Shown here: positions 17,889 through 27,535 of the stretch, piece after piece
Layout: each line of letters begins with the position of its first letter
How positions within the stretch are numbered: the first letter of the stretch is position 1
DNA from: an uncultured Candidatus Saccharibacteria bacterium
Lineage (GTDB): Bacteria > Patescibacteriota > Saccharimonadia > CAILAD01 > JADZBC01
Length of the DNA: 64,000 bases
Direction: 5' to 3'
NCBI GenBank assembly: GCA_964600985.1
Contig: CAZRJR010000001.1
Coordinates: forward strand, 335,431-399,430
Position numbers and translations under genes: made by a program
Notes under the pieces: model-generated
Databases searched by the model: none
Told to the model about the DNA's origin: nothing
What the model saw: the letters and a program-made list of their open reading frames with translations, nothing else

Positions 17889-18024
17889 AGTGCTCTCCTG
17901 AATGTCTCGAGTGAGTGAATACATAATACTATAATTATGTTATAAAATCAAGACCTTTCCGGTGGTATTACTGGGAGTATAACTCAACCAGGAAAACCAC
18001 CCACTCGTTGGCTGAGCACCTTTC

Positions 18025-18132
18025 TTGGTGAACTATATTAAATAGAATTGGAATCCTATAAAGAAGGAGTGACTAGACTGGCACTCTATACTAAGTGAAG
18101 TTAAGGAGCTTGTCTCTACGAGTGTAAGTTAG
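18025..18132 (+). repeat. 108-bp diverged direct repeat, copy 2
   Basis: Collinear with 16654-16761; core at 18078-18093. Confidence 0.85.
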
Positions 18133-18135
18133 AAC

Positions 18136-19134
18136 CTATGGCTGATAGAGCTTCATTGCCTTCCTAACGCCGCCCATCGTTACCTGTACTTCAGCCCTGG
18201 CTTTTGCCGTACCGTCTCTAATAATACTTCTTACGAGCTCAGGCTGGCTCTCGTAGAACTTCCTCTTACTCCGTATAGGCTCTAGGAAGTCATTCAATAC
18301 TTCAATGAGATATTCTTTAGCTTCCATGTCACTAACTCTACCCTTTCTATATAAGAACTTTAGTCTGGTAACTTTATCGGTATCATTACAGAAAGCATCC
18401 AAGTAGGTAAAAACTAGATTGCCTTCCACTTTTCCTGGATCAGTTGTGCGCTTACGGCCAGGATCCGTGTACATTCTCATTACTTGTTTCTTTACTACGG
18501 CGGGTGTATCGGACAAGTAGATTACGTTTCCTAGGCTTTTACTCATCTTAGTCTTGCCATCTATACCAGCTAGGCGCGCAACTCGCCCGACCTTTATCTC
18601 AGGCATCGCAAAGGTCTCACCATAGATATTATTAAAGCGACGTACGACTTCACGAGTTAGCTCAACCATTGGCGCTTGATCGTCACCGGCAGGAACTAAG
18701 TCAGCTTTAAACCCAAGGATGTCTGCAACTTCAGAAAGCGGATAATTCAAGAAACCAACCGGCACATTATTGCCAAAGCCTTTTTGTTTCATTTCGTTTT
18801 TAACAGTAGGATTCCTCTCAAGTCTCGCTAGGCTAACTAAGTTCATGAAGTAAACTGTTAGTTCGGCTAGCTCTGGTATCTGTGACTGTACAAAGATAGT
18901 AGAGTTACTTGGGTCCAAACCAGCCGCCAAGTTGTCGAGGGCTACTTCGTAGACGCTATCCCGCACTCTCTCTGGATTGTCGAAGTTATCAGTCAGTGCC
19001 TGAACATCGGCGAGCATTATGTATGTCTCGTACTGATTCTGTAGCTTGACCCGATTTTCAAGGGTGCCTAAATAGTGACCAAGGTGTAGTTTACCTGTCG
19101 GTCGATCACCCGTTAGTATTCGTTGTTTTCTCAT
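18136..19134 (-). CDS. trpS: tryptophan--tRNA ligase
   Basis: TGDRPTGKLHLGHY (HIGH-like), GDDQ, KMSKS. Confidence 0.95.
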   Translation of the reverse strand: MRKQRILTGDRPTGKLHLGHYLGTLENRVKLQNQYETYIMLADVQALTDNFDNPERVRDSVYEVALDNLAAGLDPSNSTIFVQSQIPELAELTVYFMNLVSLARLERNPTVKNEMKQKGFGNNVPVGFLNYPLSEVADILGFKADLVPAGDDQAPMVELTREVVRRFNNIYGETFAMPEIKVGRVARLAGIDGKTKMSKSLGNVIYLSDTPAVVKKQVMRMYTDPGRKRTTDPGKVEGNLVFTYLDAFCNDTDKVTRLKFLYRKGRVSDMEAKEYLIEVLNDFLEPIRSKRKFYESQPELVRSIIRDGTAKARAEVQVTMGGVRKAMKLYQP

Positions 19135-19144
19135 AATAATCTCC

Positions 19145-19867
19145 TTATGTCTTAAATGACTTAGGCCTACTTAAGCAAAAGCCCTTTGAGCCACGAAAAG
19201 CTACTCGTCTTGGTAAAAACGGAATAACCGTAGTGCCCTCTATTAGTTCGAAACTCTTAGCTCCAAACGGGATTGGCATCTCTAATGGTATTTTCCCCTC
19301 GGCTGTATAAATAGAGTGTTTATGTGTTGGCATTCTAACGCCTAGCAAGAGGTTACGAACCACATCCTCTAACTGGATAATGTTCGCTACATTGCGAGCT
19401 AAACTATCAGAGTACTCAAGCGATACGCTGCCTCGAAACTGACTAATAAGCGAACCAAACCCACCCTTCATATAAACAATATTTGTACTTGGTAGCTGGT
19501 TAAGGATGGTGCGAGTACGAGCAGTGAGGTTGGTAATAATCGGAACCATAGGGAGATGCCCTCGTGTCGTGTGTATGTCAATAATATAACTACCCGGATC
19601 AATTGCCTGTAAGAGTTGGTGGGCAAGTTTCTCTTCCAGGTTACCAAGGGCATTACCCGGAAAAGAACGATTAAGATCTGCATCAATGTAACGTGTTCGC
19701 TTCGCCAAAGCTTCTTCATTCGCCAATATTAACGTAAGGCCGGGATAGGCATCGATTTTATTCGCGAAGTACTCAAAGACGACTCTGCCATAGTTCTCAC
19801 TGCCATGCACACAGCCCACAAGTGTAACTTTATGTCTTGATAGTTGGTTATTTTGCAATACTTTCAT
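19145..19867 (-). CDS. succinylglutamate desuccinylase/aspartoacylase (M14-like) family protein
   Basis: HGSE, DLNRSFPG and DIHT zinc-carboxypeptidase motifs. Confidence 0.85.
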   Translation of the reverse strand: MKVLQNNQLSRHKVTLVGCVHGSENYGRVVFEYFANKIDAYPGLTLILANEEALAKRTRYIDADLNRSFPGNALGNLEEKLAHQLLQAIDPGSYIIDIHTTRGHLPMVPIITNLTARTRTILNQLPSTNIVYMKGGFGSLISQFRGSVSLEYSDSLARNVANIIQLEDVVRNLLLGVRMPTHKHSIYTAEGKIPLEMPIPFGAKSFELIEGTTVIPFLPRRVAFRGSKGFCLSRPKSFKT

Positions 19868-19946
19868 AATATTCCTTTGGGGTTGGTGCCCGGGAGCGTA
19901 AACTCCCGGGCACCGTTAATCGGCGTAAGGGCGCCGTACCCATTTA

Positions 19947-19958
19947 TCACCAGTCCAT
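19947..19958 (-). CDS. putative mini leader peptide Met-Asp-Trp
   Basis: GAAAGGAGA-accaa-ATG GAC TGG TGA TAA, directly after the T-box terminator. Confidence 0.5.
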   Translation of the reverse strand: MDW

Positions 19959-19987
19959 TTGGTTCTCCTTTCGGACTCGTGTGCGGG

Positions 19988-20270
19988 AAACAAAAATCCC
20001 GCCCTCATCACATACCTAAAAAGATATGTAACAAGGGCGGGATTCTAGATCACGCGGTGCCACCTTGCTTTGTCATGAATCGTACTTTCTTGTACGAAAA
20101 AAGACCTCTTCGCTGACTCAGACTCTACATACCGTAGACGACAACAGCTATCCTATGATTACGGAGGAAACCGGATTACCACTAGCGCAGTAATCACCCT
20201 TCACAAATGTGAAAATCTAGCCCCAACCCTGCCTCACAAATGTGTGCAGGAACTAGATATAGGTTTTGAA
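19988..20270 (-). ncRNA. T-box riboswitch leader (probably Trp-specific)
   Basis: T-box bulge AAGGTGGCACCGCG (20066-20053), then terminator aatcccgccct...agggcgggatt+TTTGTTT (20044-19988). Candidate UGG specifier at 20225-20223. Upstream of trpS. Confidence 0.8.
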
Positions 20271-20291
20271 TTATTGCAAAGAACTTAGGAT

Positions 20292-20320
20292 ATTGTATAC
20301 CTATTATGGTTGAGTGTCAA
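20292..20320 (-). promoter_or_regulatory. promoter of the T-box leader
   Basis: Minus strand reads TTGACA-17 bp-TACAAT. Confidence 0.75.
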
Positions 20321-20435
20321 GAGACATTACCATGCAATGTGTATTCGAACCCATTTTAACCTGTAGTGCCAAGTCGTTTGTCACTGTAATAAAGTCCAGA
20401 TCTTTTTTACAGGTTAGAAAACTGTATTTATACTT

Positions 20436-20454
20436 TGGTGATCCCGGCGGGATT
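20436..20454 (-). repeat. 19-bp duplication of the tRNA-Glu 3' end (att-like)
   Basis: tggtgatcccggcgggatt is identical to 20603-20621. Confidence 0.85.
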
Positions 20455-20602
20455 ACTAGATGTATAATCATCGTCGTTCGTAAAGCTTAAAAGCAAGCTC
20501 TTTGCTTTGCCTCACTCCTTGATTATCGTCCCCGCTTCGCAAGTTCCAGTCTCACAGAGACTACCAAAGCAAAACGCCCACCATAGGGTGAGCAGCTTGC
20601 CC

Positions 20603-20678
20603 TGGTGATCCCGGCGGGATTCGAACCCGCGATCTTCTGGATGAGAACCAGATATCCTAACCACTAGACGACGGGACC
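20603..20678 (-). tRNA. tRNA-Glu(CTC)
   Basis: Cloverleaf GGTCCCG...; anticodon arm tctgg-ttCTCat-ccaga; GTTCGAATC; encoded CCA. Confidence 0.95.
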
Positions 20679-20854
20679 GAGTCGCAGTAATATAGATGTA
20701 ACGCCAGATCATACTAGCATTTGTGAGGGGAAAATTCAATTACCCTACTTGACGAACTATAGTACAGTTTCGTACAATGTTCGTATGCAGTGTGTACTCT
20801 AAGGGGGTAAAAACAAAAGGACGCTTGATAGCAGAGAATTGCATGGCTGAAGTG

Positions 20855-20886
20855 TTGACAGCTAGCATAAGCGCTATATATAGTGT
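20855..20886 (+). promoter_or_regulatory. nrdA promoter region with NrdR-box-like palindrome
   Basis: TTGACA at 20855-20860; gcgctatatatagtgt (20871-20886) resembles the NrdR box acaCwAtATaTwGtgt; AGCATAAG at 20864-20871. Confidence 0.6.
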
Positions 20887-20922
20887 ATATCATAACAATA
20901 CAAACACTACAGGAGGGTGAGG

Positions 20923-23631
20923 ATGAGCTTTTCGCAAGTAAAAAAACGTAATGGTGCGGTGGTAGACTTTGACTCTGCACGCATCGAAGTGGCTATTCAA
21001 AAAGCGTCGGTAGCGGCTGGCGAAGAAGTTCCAAGCGAAGACATCCCCCTGATAGTAGAGAACATTCTTTCTAACTTAGATGCTGTACTGACCGGCGCCA
21101 TGCCAGATGTAGAATTAATTCAAGACCATGTAGAGCAAGAACTCATGCGCGGTGGTCACTACCAAACTGCTCGCACCTACATCGTGTATCGTGATACCCA
21201 CAAAGCCATTCGTGAAGCCCAAGAGCGCGACTCCGCCCACAAGCTTGAACAAAGCGAGCTCCAAGTAAAGGGCAAAGATGGAAGTGTGGAGATGTTTAGC
21301 TACGCTCGCCTGGTAAAGGACTTGCTGGTAGCAGCCGAGGGCCTGGGCGATGTAATTAACGTAGATGAATTAGCGCAAGCAGTTAAGACGAACTTATACG
21401 ATGGTATCAGCACTACTGAGCTCGAGGAGGCTATGATTATGGCCACAAAGGCCTACATAGAGCGTGACAAAGCTTACTCTCAGCTCGCTGCCCGCCTGCT
21501 TATGCGTAAATTGCAGCGCGAGGTGCTAAAACTAGAATCCGGCCAAAACCCTAACGAGCAATATAGCGCCCAGTTTGCTCAGTTCGTGACCAACGCAGTA
21601 AGTAACAAACGCTTAGACAAGCGCATGCTCGACTTTGACCTCGAAAAACTCGGCGCGGCACTCAAGCTCGAGCGCGATGATCTGCTTGACTACATGGGTC
21701 TCCACGTACTGTATGGCAACTACTTTTTGCGCTCCGAAGCACGCAAAGATGTACTCGAACTACCACAATACTTTTGGATGCGTGTAGCCATGGGTATTGC
21801 CATTGCCGAAAAGAAGGATAAAACCAACTGGGCGATTAAGTTCTACGAGGCGCTCTCTACTCTACGCTACGTAACCTCGAGCCCCACCCTATTTAACGCC
21901 GGTACGAACTTTTCGCAGCTTAGCTCGTGCTTTTTAAATACCGTCGAAGACGACCTAAAACACATCTACAAGGTATACCTAGACACTGCGCTGATGTCGA
22001 AGTTCTCCGGCGGAATTGCTACCGACTGGACCAACGTGCGCGCTACTGGCTCACAAATTAAGACTATAGACGTAACCAGCCAGGGCGTGGTGCCATTTCT
22101 TAAGATCGCCAACGATTCTACGGTGGCTATTGCGCGAAGTGGTCGCCGAATAGGTGCAACTGCGGTGTATCTAGAAACCTGGCACCTCGACATAGAGGAC
22201 TTTCTGGAACTTCGCAAGAATACGGGTGACGAACGACGACGTACTCACGACATAAACACTGCCAACTGGATTCCAGACCTATTCATGAAGCGTGTTATGG
22301 AGGACGCTGAGTGGACGCTATTCTCGCCAGACGACACGCCCGACTTGCACCACCTGTATGGCAAGGCTTTCGAAAAACGCTATAAAGAATATGAAAAACT
22401 AGCCGACAAAGGCGAAATTAAACTCTTTAAGCGGGTGTCAGCCGCAGCCCTATGGCGCAAAATGCTATCAATGCTGTTCGAAACCGGCCATCCATGGATG
22501 ACGTTTAAAGACCCGAGCAATTTACGCTCTCCCCAAGATCATGTTGGCGTAGTGCATAACTCCAACTTGTGCACCGAGATCACTCTAAATAACTCCAAGG
22601 AAGAAACGGCTGTCTGCAATCTGGGTTCGGTTAACCTCGCTCAGCACATGGTCGAGGGTAGGCTTGACCAAGAAATGCTCAAAAGCACCATTAGCTGTGC
22701 GGTACGTATGCTAGACAATGTAATTGACCTTTGCTACTACGTAACCAAAGAAACTGAGCGTGCCAATATGAACAACCGCCCGGTCGGGCTTGGCATCATG
22801 GGTCACCAAGACGCACTCTATATGCTCGACATTGACTTTGCTTCGGACGCTGCAGTTGCCTTTGCCGACGAAAGCATGGAGATAATTTCCTACTACGCTA
22901 TTTTGGCCTCGAGCGAACTTGCCCAAGAACGTGGCGCCTACAAAACCTACAAGGGTTCCAAGTGGGATCGTGGCATCTTCCCGGTCGACACGCTCGATAT
23001 CTTAGAACGAGAGCGTGGCATAAAGCTCGACATACCACGCGGTGGCAAGCTCGACTGGAAGCCCCTGCGAGCGGCTGTTAAAAAGTATGGCATGCGTAAC
23101 TCCAATGTGATGGCGATCGCACCTACAGCCTCGATTGCCAATGTGGCGGGCTGCGTACCGTGCATAGAGCCAATCTACAAAAACTTGTATGTTAAATCCA
23201 ACATGAGTGGTGATTTTACGGTTCTAAACAGCTACCTCATTGACGACTTACGCCAGTTAGGACTGTGGGACGAGCAAATGCTTAACAAAATTAAGTACTA
23301 CGATGGCAGCATCCAACAGATTGAAGAAATTCCTGCCAAGATCCGCGCTAAGTACAAAGAAGTGTTCGAGATCGAGCCTGAGTGGTTGATTAAGGCTGCG
23401 GCGTACCGGGGCAAATGGATTGACCAAAGCCAGTCGCTCAATATATACATGCGTGGCGTATCGGGCAAAAAGCTATCCGACGCTTACATGTACGCCTGGA
23501 AAATGGGACTCAAGACCACCTACTACCTCCGCACCTTGGCCGCTTCGCAGGTAGAAAAATCGACTGTGAACACCACTGAATTTGGTGCTACCCACAAGCG
23601 CGACTTTGCCGCTGCACCCACTGCCTCATAG
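20923..23631 (+). CDS. nrdA: class I ribonucleotide reductase alpha subunit with two ATP-cone-like regions
   Basis: VKKRNG ATP cone, SPTLFNAGT..SQLSSCF, SNLCTEI, APTASI, DQSQS, KTTYYLR. AGGAGG at 20911-20916 favours ATG 20923. Confidence 0.95.
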   Translation: MSFSQVKKRNGAVVDFDSARIEVAIQKASVAAGEEVPSEDIPLIVENILSNLDAVLTGAMPDVELIQDHVEQELMRGGHYQTARTYIVYRDTHKAIREAQERDSAHKLEQSELQVKGKDGSVEMFSYARLVKDLLVAAEGLGDVINVDELAQAVKTNLYDGISTTELEEAMIMATKAYIERDKAYSQLAARLLMRKLQREVLKLESGQNPNEQYSAQFAQFVTNAVSNKRLDKRMLDFDLEKLGAALKLERDDLLDYMGLHVLYGNYFLRSEARKDVLELPQYFWMRVAMGIAIAEKKDKTNWAIKFYEALSTLRYVTSSPTLFNAGTNFSQLSSCFLNTVEDDLKHIYKVYLDTALMSKFSGGIATDWTNVRATGSQIKTIDVTSQGVVPFLKIANDSTVAIARSGRRIGATAVYLETWHLDIEDFLELRKNTGDERRRTHDINTANWIPDLFMKRVMEDAEWTLFSPDDTPDLHHLYGKAFEKRYKEYEKLADKGEIKLFKRVSAAALWRKMLSMLFETGHPWMTFKDPSNLRSPQDHVGVVHNSNLCTEITLNNSKEETAVCNLGSVNLAQHMVEGRLDQEMLKSTISCAVRMLDNVIDLCYYVTKETERANMNNRPVGLGIMGHQDALYMLDIDFASDAAVAFADESMEIISYYAILASSELAQERGAYKTYKGSKWDRGIFPVDTLDILERERGIKLDIPRGGKLDWKPLRAAVKKYGMRNSNVMAIAPTASIANVAGCVPCIEPIYKNLYVKSNMSGDFTVLNSYLIDDLRQLGLWDEQMLNKIKYYDGSIQQIEEIPAKIRAKYKEVFEIEPEWLIKAAAYRGKWIDQSQSLNIYMRGVSGKKLSDAYMYAWKMGLKTTYYLRTLAASQVEKSTVNTTEFGATHKRDFAAAPTAS

Positions 23632-23661
23632 CCTAAAATAACCCAATTTAGAAGGAAGATC

Positions 23662-24696
23662 ATGCCAATTACCCAAACAAGCAAGCGAATCGACATTAAT
23701 AAGCGTCGCATAATCAACGGGGCCGACTCCGATGTAATGCAACTCCATCCTATGAAGCACAAGTTTGCTTGGGAAGCCTACAATGCCGGCAACGCTAACC
23801 ACTGGCTCCCCACCGAGATAGCCATGCAAGACGACATAGAACTCTGGAAATCTGACCGCCTGACTGACGACGAACGCAAGGCCCTCAAGACGGTGTTAGG
23901 CTTTTTTACCACCGCCGACTCCATAGCCGCCAACAACATTGTGCTCGCCCTATACAAACACATTACCTCGCCCGAATGCCGCATGTACCTGCTCCGTCAG
24001 GCTTACGAAGAGGCGATTCACACTCATGCCTACCAATACATTGTAGAAAGCCTTGGTCTTGACGGTGGCGAGATATTCAATATGTACCGCGAGAACACCG
24101 CCATATATAGTAAAGCTTCGTTCATACTTAGCTTTAACGAAGGTATATTCGATGACAACTTCAAAACCGGTACGTTTGAGTCCGATCAAAAGTTCCTAGA
24201 AAACCTATGTGTGTTCTCGCTCATATTAGAAGGCATATTCTTCTACAGTTCGTTTGCGGTCATGTTTGGGTTTCAACGCCAAAACAAGATGACTGGTGCC
24301 GCCGAACAGATTCAGTATATTATGCGGGATGAGTCACAGCACCTTAACTTCGGTATCAATATGATAAATACTATCAAAGAAGAGCAGTCCGAACTTTGGA
24401 CGCCAGAATTTCAGCAACACATCGTGGAGCTCGTGCGTGAAGCAGCTAAGCTCGAATACACCTATGCAGCCGCTGTGTTCCCTCGGGGTATATTTGGCAT
24501 GAATGCCGCTGGATTTAAGCAGTACATAGAGCACATTGCCGATCGCCGACTCCAAACAGTTGGCTTGCCCGCCCAGTTTAAGGTCGTAAATCCATTCCCA
24601 TGGATGAGCGAAGCAGTAGACTTAGTAAAGGAAAAGAACTTCTTTGAAACCCGCGTGACCGAATACCAAACTGGCGGCGCTCTGAGCTGGGAGTAG
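23662..24696 (+). CDS. nrdB: ribonucleotide reductase beta subunit
   Basis: EEAIHTHAY (radical Tyr present), EGIFFYSSF, RDESQH, NFFETRVTEY. Confidence 0.95.
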   Translation: MPITQTSKRIDINKRRIINGADSDVMQLHPMKHKFAWEAYNAGNANHWLPTEIAMQDDIELWKSDRLTDDERKALKTVLGFFTTADSIAANNIVLALYKHITSPECRMYLLRQAYEEAIHTHAYQYIVESLGLDGGEIFNMYRENTAIYSKASFILSFNEGIFDDNFKTGTFESDQKFLENLCVFSLILEGIFFYSSFAVMFGFQRQNKMTGAAEQIQYIMRDESQHLNFGINMINTIKEEQSELWTPEFQQHIVELVREAAKLEYTYAAAVFPRGIFGMNAAGFKQYIEHIADRRLQTVGLPAQFKVVNPFPWMSEAVDLVKEKNFFETRVTEYQTGGALSWE

Positions 24697-24753
24697 TGCA
24701 ACCAGAAGCCTATTAGGCTATATGGTTATGCTAAAATAGTGGTAAGGTAACAC

Positions 24754-26034
24754 ATGTCTGAACCACAAAAACAACCCAAGCCACTCAATAAACCAAGCAA
24801 GAAGCCAGCTCCTGCGGCCGAGCTTGCAATTGATCCGCTCGAGGAGCCTAAGGCGAGCAAGGCTGGAGATTCGGTAGTTACAAAAACAGCCAAAGAACCC
24901 AAGGAGCAAGGTAAAGAGGATGGCGCAGCTGAGCAAAATGCCATAGGCACTGCGGCAACAGACACACCACCAGGGAAGAAGCTAAGTCGCAAGCAAATCA
25001 TATGTATAGTGGCCATCAGCCTGGGGGTACTTGTACTGGCGAGCATAAGTACATACGTACTAACCCACAAACGAGCAAAGCCGCCGGTTAAACGCGAAGC
25101 TACTAAGACGATTACTGCACCACCCAAACCAAAGACCCTACCCAGCCCACTGACTGGTGTAGAGGTAACTCCGGTGCAAGCTGAGCACCCGGTGGTTGCG
25201 GTGGTTATAGAAAACCTCTACCCAAGTGCGCGACCGCAATCTGGCCTGTCTTCGGCCGGCGTAGTCTACGAAACCCTAGCCGAAGGTGGTATTACACGCT
25301 ACCTAGCGCTATTTGGCGACACTATACCAGCCGACATTGGTCCGGTGCGTAGCCTACGTACCTTCTTTGTGCGCTGGGGACTCGAATACGGCGTGCCTGT
25401 CGTGCATGCCGGAGGAAACATTGATGCCCTCGATATGATCTCCCCACTAGGACTCAAGGACCTCGACCAGTTCTATAACGGCAACTACTTTAGGCGCATT
25501 ACCGCTCGCTATGCACCCCACAACCTCTACACCAGTGGCGACCAGCTAGAGAAGCTCATGCAAGCCAAGGGTTACTACACCAAGCCTGTCTTTACACCAT
25601 GGCTGCGCAAGGACGACGCCAAAAGCACTGCGCCGACCGCCGCAAGTATCACCATTGACCCTTCATACTACGATTATCAGGTGTCATACGCCTACGACCC
25701 AGCCGACAACAGCTATACTAGATCAATCCGAGGAGTAGCCGATACCGACGCCAATGGCAACGTGCCAATTAAGCCTAAAAACGTCGTCGTGCTCAAGGCA
25801 GCCACCACATATGGCATAACACGCGTTGGCTCACAAGCCACCTATACCCAAACAGTTGGCACCGGCACGGGAATAATCTTTACGGACGGCGTAGCGACAG
25901 AGATCACTTGGAGTAAGCCGAATGACAGTGCACGTACCAAATTCTTAGACACCAGCGGCAAAGAAGTAGCATTAAACCGTGGTCAAACCTGGGTAACCGT
26001 GATACCGCTCGAAAAGACTGTTAGCTACAAATAA
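24754..26034 (+). CDS. DUF3048-like membrane-anchored protein
   Basis: TM, then SPLTG, VIEN...ARPQSGL, EGGITR, GPVRSLR, APHNLY. Confidence 0.8.
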   Translation: MSEPQKQPKPLNKPSKKPAPAAELAIDPLEEPKASKAGDSVVTKTAKEPKEQGKEDGAAEQNAIGTAATDTPPGKKLSRKQIICIVAISLGVLVLASISTYVLTHKRAKPPVKREATKTITAPPKPKTLPSPLTGVEVTPVQAEHPVVAVVIENLYPSARPQSGLSSAGVVYETLAEGGITRYLALFGDTIPADIGPVRSLRTFFVRWGLEYGVPVVHAGGNIDALDMISPLGLKDLDQFYNGNYFRRITARYAPHNLYTSGDQLEKLMQAKGYYTKPVFTPWLRKDDAKSTAPTAASITIDPSYYDYQVSYAYDPADNSYTRSIRGVADTDANGNVPIKPKNVVVLKAATTYGITRVGSQATYTQTVGTGTGIIFTDGVATEITWSKPNDSARTKFLDTSGKEVALNRGQTWVTVIPLEKTVSYK

Positions 26035-26038
26035 CTCG

Positions 26039-27502
26039 CTAACCTAAAACTCTGATAGCCGCTTCAAGTCTTTGAACGGACTGGGCTTCACCTAGCGTAG
26101 CTAGCGTTTCGAATAGCCCTGGCGCAGCAGTGCGGCCCGTAATGGCCACGCGGATGGCATAGAACAACTTGCCTGCATGTAAGTCGTGCTGGCTCACTAA
26201 AGTCCGTAGTGACGCCTCGATTTGCTCTTGCTGCCACTCAGTATTTTCTAAGCTCTTCACTACCAATTCCAGCCAGCCCTTCACGTCTGCTGGCGAAGAC
26301 TTCTTAGTCAACAAATCCTTAATTTCCGAACTAAGCTTAGGCGCGACGAAGAAGAATTCTACTACTTCCGGAATATCACTCAAAACCTTAACTCGCTCCC
26401 GATCCAGAAGGAGTACTTCTTGGATGTAGTCATCGCCAAAACCCTCTGTACCATAATCTGCCTTCAGCAAAGCTTGCTTGGCAGCCACTACATACTCCTC
26501 TTGGCTCAGTACATTGCGTATGTATTCGCCATTCATCCAGCGTAGGCGTTCAATATCGAATTGCGCCGGGCTTTTCTGTACTCGATCAAGTGAGAACTTT
26601 TGTATCAGTTCTTCTAGACTAAAGACCTCCTGGGTAGTGCCGTCATTCCAGCCAAGCAGAGCCAAAAAATTAATCATCGCCTCTGGCAAATAGCCCTGGT
26701 CGCGATAATCGAGCGCATCCACATCCCCATCGCGTTTAGATAGTTTCTTCTTGCCATCAGCACCAAGAATAGTCGGGCAGTGCGCAAATACCGGTCGTTG
26801 CCAACCAAAATAGTCATAGAGTAAGGCATGCTTAGGAGTCGAAGCCAAGAACTCTGGGCCTCGCACTACATGGCTTATATTCATAAGGTGATCATCGACC
26901 ACATTGGCAAAGTTGTAAGTTGGGTATCCATCGGCTTTTATAATTATAAAGTCGTCAATTATGTCATGATCGACCACAAATTCACCATGGACACTATCGC
27001 CCCACTCGAGCGATCCTGGACTAACTGCCAAACGTATTGGCAGCCCCTCGGTACTTACAACACTTTCGCTCGGCTCCATCGATTTGCGGTACACAAACGG
27101 ACGCTTTTCATCGATTGCTTGCTGCTTAAGCATAGCAAATGCATCTGGGCTAATGCCAGAATAGTAAGCCTTCCCTTCTGCCACCAATTGTTGCGCATAA
27201 CGTTGGTATATACCAAGCTTATGGCGCTCGGACTGTATGTATGGGCCAAATTCCCCAGAACCTTCATTGGTAGGTCCTTCATCAACATGCAGCCCAACCC
27301 ATTCAAGAGCTCGCATGATTTGGTCTATACCGCCCTCGACCAAGCGTTCTCGGTCGGTATCCTCTATACGAAGTACGAAGTCACCACCATGGTGTTTGGC
27401 CAACAGGTAGCTATATAACGCAGTACGTAAGCCCCCTATATGAAGTAAGCCAGTTGGGCTAGGTGCAAAGCGGGTACGAACTCGAGAGCTGTGTTTTTCC
27501 AT
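26039..27502 (-). CDS. gltX: glutamate--tRNA ligase
   Basis: RFAPSPTG.LHIGG, RIEDTD, KLSKR. Confidence 0.96.
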   Translation of the reverse strand: MEKHSSRVRTRFAPSPTGLLHIGGLRTALYSYLLAKHHGGDFVLRIEDTDRERLVEGGIDQIMRALEWVGLHVDEGPTNEGSGEFGPYIQSERHKLGIYQRYAQQLVAEGKAYYSGISPDAFAMLKQQAIDEKRPFVYRKSMEPSESVVSTEGLPIRLAVSPGSLEWGDSVHGEFVVDHDIIDDFIIIKADGYPTYNFANVVDDHLMNISHVVRGPEFLASTPKHALLYDYFGWQRPVFAHCPTILGADGKKKLSKRDGDVDALDYRDQGYLPEAMINFLALLGWNDGTTQEVFSLEELIQKFSLDRVQKSPAQFDIERLRWMNGEYIRNVLSQEEYVVAAKQALLKADYGTEGFGDDYIQEVLLLDRERVKVLSDIPEVVEFFFVAPKLSSEIKDLLTKKSSPADVKGWLELVVKSLENTEWQQEQIEASLRTLVSQHDLHAGKLFYAIRVAITGRTAAPGLFETLATLGEAQSVQRLEAAIRVLG

Positions 27503-27535
27503 GTACCTAGTATACCTAATATTCCTAGAGTTCGG

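Noticed and set aside
16654-18132. 108-bp repeats as the template/variable pair of a diversity-generating retroelement
   Set aside because: Mismatches are not confined to adenines on either strand, and there is no reverse transcriptase in the window.
19848-19943. 31-codon ORF starting right after the MDW stop codons
   Set aside because: It runs through two strong hairpins, has no RBS of its own and no recognisable features. It could matter only via re-initiation.
20340-20355. ttcgaaccc resembling a tRNA T-arm fragment
   Set aside because: Only about 9-10 nt, with no adjoining acceptor-stem match; compatible with chance.
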